Below are positions 1 to 8,526 of a stretch of 29,669 nucleotides of DNA, one piece after another. The notes under the pieces are model-generated. The model saw only the letters and a program-made list of their open reading frames with translations, was not told the origin of the DNA and did no database searches. The stretch comes from a virus (Duplodnaviria > Caudoviricetes), in IMG/VR virus record IMGVR_UViG_3300025423_000068, positions 1-29,669 of that record; one strand, 5' to 3'. Within the stretch, counting starts at the first letter, position 1, and every line of letters starts with the position of its first letter. Both the position numbers and the translations under genes were made by a program.

Positions 1-870
1 CAATTCGGTACCTATCTATCACCAGCAATGGTTGAGAAGTTGCAAGAGAATCCAGACTTATTGAGGTTAGGTGGTGATAGTAGAGAGTTATCTATTATGT
101 TTACTGACGTGAGAGGCTTTACTACTATATCAGAGCATTATGGTAAAGACGTACAAGGACTAACAAAGATAATGAACCGGTATATGACTGCTATGACTAA
201 GGCTATATTAGATAATAATGGTACGTTAGACAAGTATATAGGTGACGCACAAATGGCCTTTTGGAATGCACCATTAGATGATAAAGAGCATGCATTAAAT
301 GCATTGAAAACAGCAATGATAATGTTAAATAATTTAGATGAGTTTAATAAAGAAATTGCTCAAGAAGGTGTCCCAGCCTTTGGTATGGGTCTTGGAATCA
401 ACACAGATACTGTTGTTGTTGGTAATATGGGCAGTACTCAGCGTTTCGATTACACTTGCTTGGGCGATGGAGTTAATCTGGCCTCGAGGTTAGAAGGACA
501 ATCTAAACCTTATGGTGTAAAGATAGTAATAGGTCCTAAGACCTACGAATACGTTAAAGACAAATACAAGTGCTTTGAATTAGATTGTATTGCTGTTAAA
601 GGTAAAAAGGAAGGTGTAAAGATATATACTGTTGTACAGAATAACTTTATTACAATGGAGAAACCTTATGTAGGGCAAATACATAACGGGTTCTTATCTG
701 ATTACAGAGTACAAAATTGGGATAATGCTATACAATTAGCTAAATCGCTAACAACTTATAATCCAGAATTAGCTCACTATTATGAAAATATGATAGAAAG
801 AATTAATGAACTTAGAAACGCCAACTTACCAGCTGATTGGGATGGAGTGTTTAGAGCCACTTCGAAGTAA
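1..870 (+). CDS. Class III adenylate/guanylate cyclase, catalytic domain plus C-terminal TPR-like tail; 5' truncated by the window edge
   Basis: The frame is open from base 1 (QFGTYLSPAMVEKL, the conserved F..YLSP pre-catalytic motif), so ATG 28 is not the true start. Motifs MFTDVRGFT, DKYIGDA, GINT..VVVGNMGS, RFDYTCLGDGVNLASRLEG, VKGK, and the C-terminal WDGVF typical of CHASE2-type cyclases. Confidence 0.95.
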   Translation, partial: QFGTYLSPAMVEKLQENPDLLRLGGDSRELSIMFTDVRGFTTISEHYGKDVQGLTKIMNRYMTAMTKAILDNNGTLDKYIGDAQMAFWNAPLDDKEHALNALKTAMIMLNNLDEFNKEIAQEGVPAFGMGLGINTDTVVVGNMGSTQRFDYTCLGDGVNLASRLEGQSKPYGVKIVIGPKTYEYVKDKYKCFELDCIAVKGKKEGVKIYTVVQNNFITMEKPYVGQIHNGFLSDYRVQNWDNAIQLAKSLTTYNPELAHYYENMIERINELRNANLPADWDGVFRATSK

Positions 871-2382
871 TTAAACGTTACCGAACACCCAGTCCTTAGT
901 AAGTCCTTTATTAAAAATACTATTAGGTATTAAAGGACCTCTTACTGGATCGTTAATTAACATTTCCCATGTAGGTATAGGCATTGATGCTACCTTTTCT
1001 ACAGAACTTGGGTATAGCTTTTTATTGAGTAATTTCTGACCTTCAAATATCATTATCCATTGCTCCACACCAAAAGGTGGTACTTTCATCTCATTAACTA
1101 AAGGATCTAACTCTAAAGGTATCTTTTTATGTCTATTAATTAATTCAGTAATACTGTCAAGTATTACATTATTCTTCTTAAAGTCTTTCCAGAATGTAGT
1201 GTCTTTTCTCTTTGTAAGGTAGTGTATTTGTATTGCTGGTAAAAAGCGGTTCACTACATCTATATAAAAGTTGTTCAATTCATCTTTGGGCTTCTGATCG
1301 TTTATATTAATGAAGATATTTTTAAACGTACTTCTTATACCTACATCCAGTAGCATAAGAGCTGCCCACAAAGAAGTAGCTTCTAATGGTTCTGCAAACC
1401 CAGTCGATAAACCTACAGCAATACAATTCTTTACACATACTTTATCGTATTGACCAGCTTCAAATGTAAAGGCACGTGATACATTAATATCATGACCTAA
1501 TAACTGCTCTACTTCTTCTTTAGCTTTATCAGCTGTTATATGATCTGAATCAAACACATAACCACTGCCATAGCGTGATTGTAAAGGTATCTTCCACATC
1601 CACCCGTACTTCATAGCTATTGCAGCTGTTGAGTTATTGTAATTATTAGGATCTATTTTATGCTGGAAAGCAATAGCTTTTTTAGCGGGTAGGTGTTTAG
1701 CATAACTTAACCACTTTGTCTTATAGTAATCCCCTATAATCATTCTTTTAAACCCAGTACAATCAAATAAGAAACTGGTCTCTACTTGTTGCCCACCTTC
1801 AAGTAATATCTTGTTAATATTACCGTTACCATCAGTCTTAAACGAGTTCACTTTACCTTCTATTCGCATTACCCCACGGCTAATAGCTACTTCTTTTAAA
1901 TAATTTGCTAATAATTCTGCATCGAAATGAAATGCATAAGGCATTATCATATCATATTTTTTAGTTTGAGTGTTAAAAGCAAATGGAGAGTTTTTAAGAT
2001 TCTTATAAAAAAAGCATCCTTTCTTTATAGGTTGATTACTGTTAACACTCTCAAGCATTCTCTTGAGTAAATCTAATCTATTAGGATGAGAAAATGAATT
2101 TAAATAATCATCATTATCTCCATTCCAATTAATAAATTGTGTACCATATTTAAACGTAGCATTTGTTCTTTTATAGAACTCATGAAAATCTAAACCTAAT
2201 ACCTTAAACATATGAGAAGGAAAAAATGGAACTGTACCTTCTCCTGCACCAACAATACCTACGTCGTCACTCTCTATAACTACTATTTTATGGTCTGGTG
2301 GACCAATCTGTAGCATAGTTAACGCCGTTAACCATCCAGCGGTACCACCACCAATAACAGTTATGTTTTTCTTTACGTCCAT
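871..2382 (-). CDS. Flavin-dependent tryptophan halogenase family protein (PrnA/RebH-like)
   Basis: GGGTAG FAD-binding motif, GAGEGT, ATFKYG (catalytic Lys position), YAFHFDA, FDCTGF, WMWKIP (WxWxIP halogenase signature), GFAEPLEAT. Confidence 0.93.
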   Translation of the reverse strand: MDVKKNITVIGGGTAGWLTALTMLQIGPPDHKIVVIESDDVGIVGAGEGTVPFFPSHMFKVLGLDFHEFYKRTNATFKYGTQFINWNGDNDDYLNSFSHPNRLDLLKRMLESVNSNQPIKKGCFFYKNLKNSPFAFNTQTKKYDMIMPYAFHFDAELLANYLKEVAISRGVMRIEGKVNSFKTDGNGNINKILLEGGQQVETSFLFDCTGFKRMIIGDYYKTKWLSYAKHLPAKKAIAFQHKIDPNNYNNSTAAIAMKYGWMWKIPLQSRYGSGYVFDSDHITADKAKEEVEQLLGHDINVSRAFTFEAGQYDKVCVKNCIAVGLSTGFAEPLEATSLWAALMLLDVGIRSTFKNIFININDQKPKDELNNFYIDVVNRFLPAIQIHYLTKRKDTTFWKDFKKNNVILDSITELINRHKKIPLELDPLVNEMKVPPFGVEQWIMIFEGQKLLNKKLYPSSVEKVASMPIPTWEMLINDPVRGPLIPNSIFNKGLTKDWVFGNV

Positions 2383-2417
2383 TTAAATAATTAAACAGAC
2401 GTATTTGTTAATCAACC

Positions 2418-2852
2418 TTACGTTTTTTGATCGTAAAACTGCTTTGTATCAGCACAACCATGTACAAAGTAACCTTGATGATAAAATATAGACTTGAAAC
2501 TATATCCAGAGGCAGTAGCTGATGTAATTGCACTATCAATATCTGCTTTATTAGCGTCAGTGTTACCAAGATACGCCCACCCTAAAGTTTGACACTCAGT
2601 ACCATTTACTGGTATACCTACAAAGCTATTAACTTCATTTGTTAAGAATGTAGTGTCATCTGCAGTAGGGGTTGTTGACCCAGTAATACCAGTTATATTA
2701 ATAACAATACCGGATGATATTACATCTCGAGTAAACGTTACATTAAAATAGCTTTCAGGAGTGCTTGCATCTGAGCGCAATGAGTTGTAGTGATAAAGAT
2801 TACCACCATCTGCGTAATAAGGTTCTAAGAGGTTGTGTGAATGTGCGTCCAT
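2418..2852 (-). CDS. Hypothetical protein
   Basis: 144-aa ORF co-oriented and closely packed between the DUF6171-like gene and the halogenase; no recognised motif. Confidence 0.7.
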   Translation of the reverse strand: MDAHSHNLLEPYYADGGNLYHYNSLRSDASTPESYFNVTFTRDVISSGIVINITGITGSTTPTADDTTFLTNEVNSFVGIPVNGTECQTLGWAYLGNTDANKADIDSAITSATASGYSFKSIFYHQGYFVHGCADTKQFYDQKT

Positions 2853-2857
2853 TTAAA

Positions 2858-3256
2858 TTATTCAGTCCACTTTGATAGAGGGCATTTAGCAGCAATCATT
2901 TTAGCTTTTGCTTTCATAAAACAACCGCATTTAGAACATCTCCATTGATTTTTATCAAGAGCGTCACAGTTGGTGCAAGTCTCTATTCTTTTATTATATA
3001 CATCATCTGAAGCCATTACCTGCTGATGAATGACTGCATTACCGATTGCTGCACCAGCGGTATATGCTAAATTACCAGCCATCTTTAACACTGAAGGCAT
3101 AGCTGGTTGTCCGTTTGATTCAGGTACATATACTGATGGCTTTGGCCATACCTTTTCTACCGGGACTGGAGCTGTTGCAGGTGAAGCTAAAATTGGTGCT
3201 GGTGGAGCAGCTGGAGGCGGAATTGGCTGTGGAATTGGTGTGCTTGTGTTGTCCAT
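2858..3256 (-). CDS. Pro-rich N-terminus plus Cys-rich DUF6171-like (probably metal-binding) domain protein
   Basis: C-terminal RIETCTNC...CSKCGCFMKAK......CPLSKW matches the R..C..C...C..CGC...K......CP..KW pattern common in phage DUF6171-like proteins. Confidence 0.75.
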   Translation of the reverse strand: MDNTSTPIPQPIPPPAAPPAPILASPATAPVPVEKVWPKPSVYVPESNGQPAMPSVLKMAGNLAYTAGAAIGNAVIHQQVMASDDVYNKRIETCTNCDALDKNQWRCSKCGCFMKAKAKMIAAKCPLSKWTE

Positions 3257-3305
3257 AGATTAACTCTTTTTAAAAATTTACTCCACGAACTATAAACTAC
3301 AACTG

Positions 3306-3635
3306 TTAAGAAGTAGGGTACGCTAAACCATGTGCACTTAAAGCACTTACTGCGTTACTAACAACATAAGTTGCATAAGGAACAACTGGTACATTAAATA
3401 CCATACCAGCTATTGGTGCACCACCAGCAGAGGCATACCCTACCGTAGTAGTGAGCTTCGGTACATCATAATCTGTACTTGCTATAACTTGGCCATAATA
3501 AGCACCAGACAAGCCACCGGTTACGGATATTGTCATAGGTGTGCGGTCACCGCAGTTACGGTAAGATACCGTTAAGACACCGTTACCAGCGCCTGCTGTA
3601 CCACCATAGTATAAATCATATCTTGAGCATGCCAT
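3306..3635 (-). CDS. Small Gly/Ser/Thr/Tyr-rich protein, possibly virion-associated
   Basis: 109-aa ORF with TAAATA (3642-3647) 6 nt before the ATG; composition resembles the large structural proteins. Confidence 0.65.
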   Translation of the reverse strand: MACSRYDLYYGGTAGAGNGVLTVSYRNCGDRTPMTISVTGGLSGAYYGQVIASTDYDVPKLTTTVGYASAGGAPIAGMVFNVPVVPYATYVVSNAVSALSAHGLAYPTS

Positions 3636-3665
3636 ATAGATTATTTACTAATCCTGTATGGGATT

Positions 3666-3989
3666 TTACTTACGTTTAACAGGTTTAGTGGCTTTAGTGT
3701 TATCAATCTTAATAGGTTGTACACCAGTACCAACAATTTTGTAAACTACTGATGCTCTTGCATCTTGAGAAGATAGCTCAGCTAACGGATAATAACGACG
3801 TACTGTAGTAGCTATGTTATCAAGTACCTGTTGATTACGGCCCCACACTTCAAACCCTTGATTGGGCTTGTTTTTTACTAATTCATCATAACGTATCCAA
3901 AGGTAAAACGTTCTTTCGTCAATCTCTTTAAAAGCTACTTTACATTTATGTTCTTGCAGAATCTTTATTAAATCCGGGTTAGGTGCCAT
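3666..3989 (-). CDS. Hypothetical protein
   Basis: 107-aa ORF filling the gap between neighbours; TAAATC variant 6 nt upstream of the ATG. Confidence 0.7.
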   Translation of the reverse strand: MAPNPDLIKILQEHKCKVAFKEIDERTFYLWIRYDELVKNKPNQGFEVWGRNQQVLDNIATTVRRYYPLAELSSQDARASVVYKIVGTGVQPIKIDNTKATKPVKRK

Positions 3990-4018
3990 ATTAATGATTT
4001 ACTAAGCGTAGTTAGTTT

Positions 4019-4555
4019 TCAACTACTAACTATATCATCAATCATATCTTTTATGTAGCTTTGAGTAAAGCCTCCATCTTTATTGCCCCAAAAAGCTGGC
4101 ACATTAATATACTTAACAGTACCGTACTTTTTAATAAAAGCAATTTTTTCAAAGTTGTCACGGGGTGTTAAATCATCGATAAGAACATTTCTACCGGTAG
4201 TTATCTTTACATCAGGTGTTTTATACTTCCAATCCTTTACATACGCCTTATCAAAGATCCTATCTTCTGTAAACCCGAAGTTAAAGGCACTGTTCATAGC
4301 TTGAGCATAGTCTTTATGTGCTCTTGTAAGCATGTAAACGTGGCTTACCTCTCTTAAGAGAAATAAAAGATAGTTTGCACCTGGTCTTAATACAGTAACG
4401 TAGTGTTCTTTTTTACTTAATGATACTGTTACAGGCTTGTCACAGAACTCAAGATCGCCTTGTTCTTCCATATCACCTGCAATGGTTTTGAACCCGAGGG
4501 TATGTACCAAAGTTTCATCCAAATCAATAAATGTATTAATTATTTCTCTGCTCAT
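4019..4555 (-). CDS. HAD-superfamily phosphatase, FCP1/NIF (DxDxT) type
   Basis: FIDLDETLVH motif I, LRPGA..LL, MLTRA...YA motif II, LIDD motif IV. Confidence 0.85.
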   Translation of the reverse strand: MSREIINTFIDLDETLVHTLGFKTIAGDMEEQGDLEFCDKPVTVSLSKKEHYVTVLRPGANYLLFLLREVSHVYMLTRAHKDYAQAMNSAFNFGFTEDRIFDKAYVKDWKYKTPDVKITTGRNVLIDDLTPRDNFEKIAFIKKYGTVKYINVPAFWGNKDGGFTQSYIKDMIDDIVSS

Positions 4556-4560
4556 TTATT

Positions 4561-4593
4561 TATTTATATTATAGTGTTTTATAAAAAAAGCAA
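4561..4593 (-). promoter_or_regulatory. sigma70-like promoter with overlapping TATAAATA late motif for the HAD gene
   Basis: Minus strand TTGCTT (4593-4588), 16 nt, TAATAT (4571-4566); TATAAATA at 4568-4561, 5 nt before the ATG. Confidence 0.55.
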
Positions 4594-4615
4594 TGCTGCT
4601 ATAATAAATATATTT

Positions 4616-5368
4616 ATGGACCTTGACACTAATATTAAACTATTACCTGTAAATGAATGTAGCAATGCAAAAATGATAATTTATATGCTTTATAATAAGG
4701 TTACTAAAAAAGCATATATAGGTAAAACAAAGCACGGATGGGTAATAAGACGTAAAACTTATGAATATGATATAAAAAACCCTAAAAAACAAAGCTTAAT
4801 ATTAAGATCTTTGCGTAAGCACGGATGGAACAACTTTTTAATTGCGGTGTTAGAAGAAAATGTATCTGATCTTAAATTACTGAGTGAAACAGAGAAACAG
4901 TATATTAAAAAATATAATACGAATGTTAACGGATACAATATGACGACAGGTGGAGACGGGGGCTGTAGTGTCACTGCGGCTATAAATAATAGTAAACGTA
5001 TGAAACAGCAAGTAAAGAATGGAACGTTTATATTGCAAACCCCTGCAATTAAAATAAAGGCTAATAAAGCCGCGAGTAAAGCTAATAAGGCTTTATACGC
5101 GTCAGGTAAATCTAATTTATTGTGGCCTGAAGTGAAAGCTAAAAGACTCCAATCTTATTTGTTAAATAATTCTCATCCGCTTGCTATTACTATTAAAAAA
5201 ATAGATAATACAACTATTAAAAAGCAGTATAAATGTAAAAACGATGCAATCAGAGATGGTATGACTCAGATTATACTTGATAAACTTAAAGTGTTAAACT
5301 CTTATACGGTACAAAGAAAATCTAAAAATTATAATAAAGGTGATATTATAACTATTAAATATCTCTAA
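4616..5368 (+). CDS. Free-standing GIY-YIG homing endonuclease (Seg/I-TevI-like)
   Basis: IIYMLYN...KAYIGKT, conserved Arg, E..YIKKYNT..NGYNMTTGGDG, basic C-terminal region. Start moved to ATG 4616 (MDLDTN), which has TAAATA 5 nt upstream; the ORF-track start 4460 overlaps the antisense HAD gene. Confidence 0.9.
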   Translation: MDLDTNIKLLPVNECSNAKMIIYMLYNKVTKKAYIGKTKHGWVIRRKTYEYDIKNPKKQSLILRSLRKHGWNNFLIAVLEENVSDLKLLSETEKQYIKKYNTNVNGYNMTTGGDGGCSVTAAINNSKRMKQQVKNGTFILQTPAIKIKANKAASKANKALYASGKSNLLWPEVKAKRLQSYLLNNSHPLAITIKKIDNTTIKKQYKCKNDAIRDGMTQIILDKLKVLNSYTVQRKSKNYNKGDIITIKYL

Positions 5369-5910
5369 ACTTTAAGCGAGCATTGACAGATATCGTAGTA
5401 TTTGCAACCGTGACACTCGTCATCTAAATATATGTTAGGGCAAAGACAAGCTTCCTTAGTTGTTTCCGCTAAATCTGTTACAGCAGGATCGCTTCTAAAA
5501 TAATCTGGTTTACCAGTCCAAGGATAGACTCTTACTTTTTCTATTTCTCCGTCACTATTGATAGTAGTGGTGGTAGATTCTGCATGAGAAGCTAACCTTT
5601 TACGCCTTTCTTTCTTAGGTGCGTTTGGATGTGGTTTTAACTTAACGTTAATTTTTGGTAGCTTGTTATTCTTACATTTAGAAGCCATATCTCTAATCTG
5701 CTCTGCAGTATAACCAGCTGCCAAGTACTTCTTAGTCTCTCTGGTAATGTACTCTTTTACAAAGCGTTCCTGACTACCACCATAATTGTCCTGAACGTTT
5801 TTAATAAAGTAATCTACGGGTGCAAATGTCTTAGCACCTGAGATTGCATCTACAGGGTAAACGTATTTACCGCATTTGGATACGGTAACAAGTTTGGTAT
5901 CAATATTCAT
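5365..5910 (-). CDS. Hypothetical protein with Cys-rich C-terminus
   Basis: 181-aa ORF ending CLCPNIYLDDECHGCKYYDICQC; promoter directly upstream; stop codon overlaps the endonuclease stop. Confidence 0.8.
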   Translation of the reverse strand: MNIDTKLVTVSKCGKYVYPVDAISGAKTFAPVDYFIKNVQDNYGGSQERFVKEYITRETKKYLAAGYTAEQIRDMASKCKNNKLPKINVKLKPHPNAPKKERRKRLASHAESTTTTINSDGEIEKVRVYPWTGKPDYFRSDPAVTDLAETTKEACLCPNIYLDDECHGCKYYDICQCSLKV

Positions 5911-5914
5911 ACCT

Positions 5915-5944
5915 ATAGTATGGTTACTTTATAATATAAAGCAA
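5915..5944 (-). promoter_or_regulatory. sigma70-like promoter, leaderless
   Basis: TTGCTT (5944-5939), 18 nt, TACTAT (5920-5915), 4 nt, ATG. Alternative reading: 16 nt then CATACT. Confidence 0.6.
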
Positions 5945-5946
5945 GC

Positions 5947-6234
5947 TTATTCTGAAGGTCTTGAAAGTCTACGTTCTTGATGTGTATCAATGTTTTGTGC
6001 AAAGTAATGAGCAGTAACTACAACAGGCTTGTTTGCATATTGCTTGTTGTGTGCATCTCTTTGCTTATCAGTAGCTTTAGGACTAAGCTTAGGGAAGCCT
6101 TTTTTAATCTTACCACTAATACCATGGTGGTCTTTAATAGCAGTTACAATTCTCTTTACCTTTTTACGGTAATTGGGGGAATTGTACATTTTCAGTACTT
6201 CAGGATGAATAGATGGTTTGTCTTTTGTAGCCAT
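5947..6234 (-). CDS. Basic hypothetical protein
   Basis: 95-aa Lys-rich ORF closely coupled to the upstream minus-strand gene. Confidence 0.7.
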   Translation of the reverse strand: MATKDKPSIHPEVLKMYNSPNYRKKVKRIVTAIKDHHGISGKIKKGFPKLSPKATDKQRDAHNKQYANKPVVVTAHYFAQNIDTHQERRLSRPSE

Positions 6235-6237
6235 AAA

Positions 6238-6615
6238 TTAGTTTTCGTTTATTTTGTGAGATAAATAGTAACCAAGTATATTAACGTTCTTTTTGTCGTA
6301 AGGCAATAGTGCTCCGTAAATTTGTCCGTGCTCATCAATCCAATCACGGTCAAATCCTTCTTTTTCTAAACGCTCTGCTTCTCCTACCTTAAATATAGCT
6401 GCTCGGGCAGACCCCTTTTTAAAGTCTGGCCACACTACCACAATACCAATATCAGAAGCTATAATAGCGGAACATGCTTCTTCAGTTTCACCTATATTAG
6501 CTGCAGGTGCAAACTCTAAGTCAACTTCAATGTCAAATCTGGACTGCTTAACTACGTTAATTATATCATTAGCGTAGTCCTTAACAGCCTGATCTACCTT
6601 TGTGTTGTGTTTCAT
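6238..6615 (-). CDS. Hypothetical protein
   Basis: 125-aa ORF with a promoter 7 nt before the ATG. Confidence 0.75.
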   Translation of the reverse strand: MKHNTKVDQAVKDYANDIINVVKQSRFDIEVDLEFAPAANIGETEEACSAIIASDIGIVVVWPDFKKGSARAAIFKVGEAERLEKEGFDRDWIDEHGQIYGALLPYDKKNVNILGYYLSHKINEN

Positions 6616-6622
6616 ATTGTTT

Positions 6623-6650
6623 ATTGTAACTCATATGAAACAAAAATCAA
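6623..6650 (-). promoter_or_regulatory. sigma70-like promoter, leaderless
   Basis: TTGATT (6650-6645), 16 nt, TACAAT (6628-6623), 7 nt, ATG. Confidence 0.65.
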
Positions 6651-6653
6651 GTA

Positions 6654-6875
6654 TTAAGCGTAGTTATTAGTTGTATCTACAGCTGTAAGTTCAACGCTAT
6701 GTGCTACATCACCTTCTGGTGTTATAACTTTAATAACATCTACCCCTGTATGATTACGCTTATCATTGCAAAAATGCAAAGCACTCTCAATTGAATAAAA
6801 TATGTGATCGGTGGTATTTAAAACACCATCTTTCCAGGTGTGCTTTCTTACTTTATGGGTTTTCATGATTGTCAA
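6654..6875 (-). CDS. Small hypothetical protein
   Basis: 73-aa ORF overlapping the end of the GT4-like gene; alternative start at 6866. Confidence 0.65.
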   Translation of the reverse strand: MTIMKTHKVRKHTWKDGVLNTTDHIFYSIESALHFCNDKRNHTGVDVIKVITPEGDVAHSVELTAVDTTNNYA

Positions 6876-7938
6876 AATATTTACGCCAAATTGACTCAGT
6901 CTTATTAGTGTATTGTCTTAAAGACTTTTGTCCTTGTTTAACATTTGACTTAGGGTTTTTATATGCTAATACCATTTTATCAGCTATATCCTTACTATCA
7001 GTAGGGTTAGCGCAGTAGCTGGTTTGATAAAACCAATCACTTGTTAACCATGGTATTTCATTACTACCAACAACAGGCACACCCTGTGATATGTAATCTG
7101 CAGATACTATATTAAATGTTTCTGAAAAACTAACCTGTAACCCTATATCCATTTGACTACAAAGATCGATGAACTGTTCACGAGGTGTCCAATTATGATT
7201 AATTAACTCATGACCTTGATCGTGTAAATGTTGAAACAACCCTTTAAGGTTGTGAAGTGCTGGTTCACCTTTCATTTCTATTCTACCAGCATTTATATGG
7301 AACCGTAGCTTCTTTCCTATTCTATTAGCAAAATCTATAGCTGCAAACGCCTGCACTAAATGGTTTTTTAATAAACGTATTGCACCAAAACAACCTACAT
7401 CTACTGTCTGTTTTTTATAATCATACGGACGAGCATCTCTATAGAATTGTGGGTAGTAGTTAGGTAAATAAACTACTTTGTTATTTGTTTGTTCGTCTGT
7501 CCAGTTATTCTTAACACGTAAAAACAATCTAACCTCATTAAGCATTCGTGGTGCATTGCATGCAATAACAACGTTTTTAAATGTGGAGTAATCTCCTATC
7601 CAATCCATTGCCATACCTTCCCCGGCCATAAACGGCATTTCACTATGTAAGCGAATGATCCATTTCACGTTTGGATGTAGTTTTTGTAGTACTGCAAACT
7701 TAGTAGGCACTACCCACAGTGCCTCAATGATAACATGGGTTGGTTTGTATTTAGTAACTTCTCTATCTATATCATTGTTATCAGTTACAACAACTAAATT
7801 AGATGTAAAGCCGGTACGACTTAATAAGTCGTTTACGAAGCTTGCTGAATTAAAAAGGCCGGTACTTAAACCAATATTAGAGTGCATTACAGCATTGTAA
7901 TCTTCGCGGCGCTTGAGTATGAAGAGGATATTAGACAC
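6853..7938 (-). CDS. GT-B fold glycosyltransferase (GT4-like)
   Basis: VGCFGAIRLLKN, DIGLQVSFSETFNIVSADYISQGVPVVGS (the ExF...xD/E...G.PVV GT4 motif), ANPTDSKDIA. Confidence 0.8.
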   Translation of the reverse strand: MSNILFILKRREDYNAVMHSNIGLSTGLFNSASFVNDLLSRTGFTSNLVVVTDNNDIDREVTKYKPTHVIIEALWVVPTKFAVLQKLHPNVKWIIRLHSEMPFMAGEGMAMDWIGDYSTFKNVVIACNAPRMLNEVRLFLRVKNNWTDEQTNNKVVYLPNYYPQFYRDARPYDYKKQTVDVGCFGAIRLLKNHLVQAFAAIDFANRIGKKLRFHINAGRIEMKGEPALHNLKGLFQHLHDQGHELINHNWTPREQFIDLCSQMDIGLQVSFSETFNIVSADYISQGVPVVGSNEIPWLTSDWFYQTSYCANPTDSKDIADKMVLAYKNPKSNVKQGQKSLRQYTNKTESIWRKYFDNHENP

Positions 7939-7980
7939 GGTATGTAGAGGATTTGTTTACAAAATATATTTACCTCCCTA

Positions 7981-8020
7981 TTGCTTTTTAAAAGAGTGAC
8001 TCTATAATATTTTATAAATA
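7981..8020 (+). promoter_or_regulatory. sigma70-like promoter followed by TATAAATA late motif
   Basis: TTGCTT (7981-7986), 16 nt, TATAAT (8003-8008); TATAAATA at 8013-8020. Confidence 0.65.
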
Positions 8021-8039
8021 TTTTAACTGATCTTAAACT

Positions 8040-8522
8040 ATGAAAAACAAATTAGTATTAACCTTAATTGTATTAGCTTTGGCTGTTCCAGCTAAAGCTC
8101 AAGAACACACAGCAGAAGGTGTTGCAGCCGGTGCTGTTGTTGGTGGTGTAATTGGTAATCAATACCACCATAACGTTGTTGGTGGCGCCGTTGCTGGTGC
8201 TTTAATTGGAGGAATGATTGGTAGCGCAGCTGATCATGCTAATGATCAACCCAGAGTGATCGTTGTACAAGCTCCACCCCCACCAGCACCTGCTCCAGTA
8301 GTAGTTCAAGCTCCACCCCCACCACCAATACCTGTTACAATACAATATGTTTGGGGTCCATTAGATCGGTGGGGTCACCCACAATATGTATATGTTCAAG
8401 AATGGAATGGTGTACAGTGGGTAACAACCTATTATGATTATAGAGTGTTTTTAGGTTGGTATCAACACCGTTACGGCTATGCATTCCGTGAAGATATGTA
8501 CCGCCATCATTGGCACCGTTAA
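8040..8522 (+). CDS. Exported glycine-zipper protein with Pro-rich linker
   Basis: Signal peptide MKNKLVLTLIVLALAVPAKA; glycine zipper GVAAGAVVGGVIG...GAVAGALIGGMIG; duplicated VVQAPPPP; Trp/Tyr/His-rich tail. Confidence 0.85.
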   Translation: MKNKLVLTLIVLALAVPAKAQEHTAEGVAAGAVVGGVIGNQYHHNVVGGAVAGALIGGMIGSAADHANDQPRVIVVQAPPPPAPAPVVVQAPPPPPIPVTIQYVWGPLDRWGHPQYVYVQEWNGVQWVTTYYDYRVFLGWYQHRYGYAFREDMYRHHWHR

Positions 8523-8526
8523 TTAA

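Noticed and set aside
1-870. Pycsar/CBASS-type defence cyclase
   Set aside because: Adenine-specifying residues and a CHASE2-type C-terminal tail are present, and no adjacent effector gene is visible downstream.
4460-4615. N-terminal extension of the GIY-YIG ORF
   Set aside because: It overlaps the antisense HAD gene and the divergent promoter region; ATG 4616 has the TAAATA motif.
4556-5400. Group I intron hosting the endonuclease
   Set aside because: The flanking genes are complete, on the opposite strand and abut the ORF, leaving no room for an intron core.
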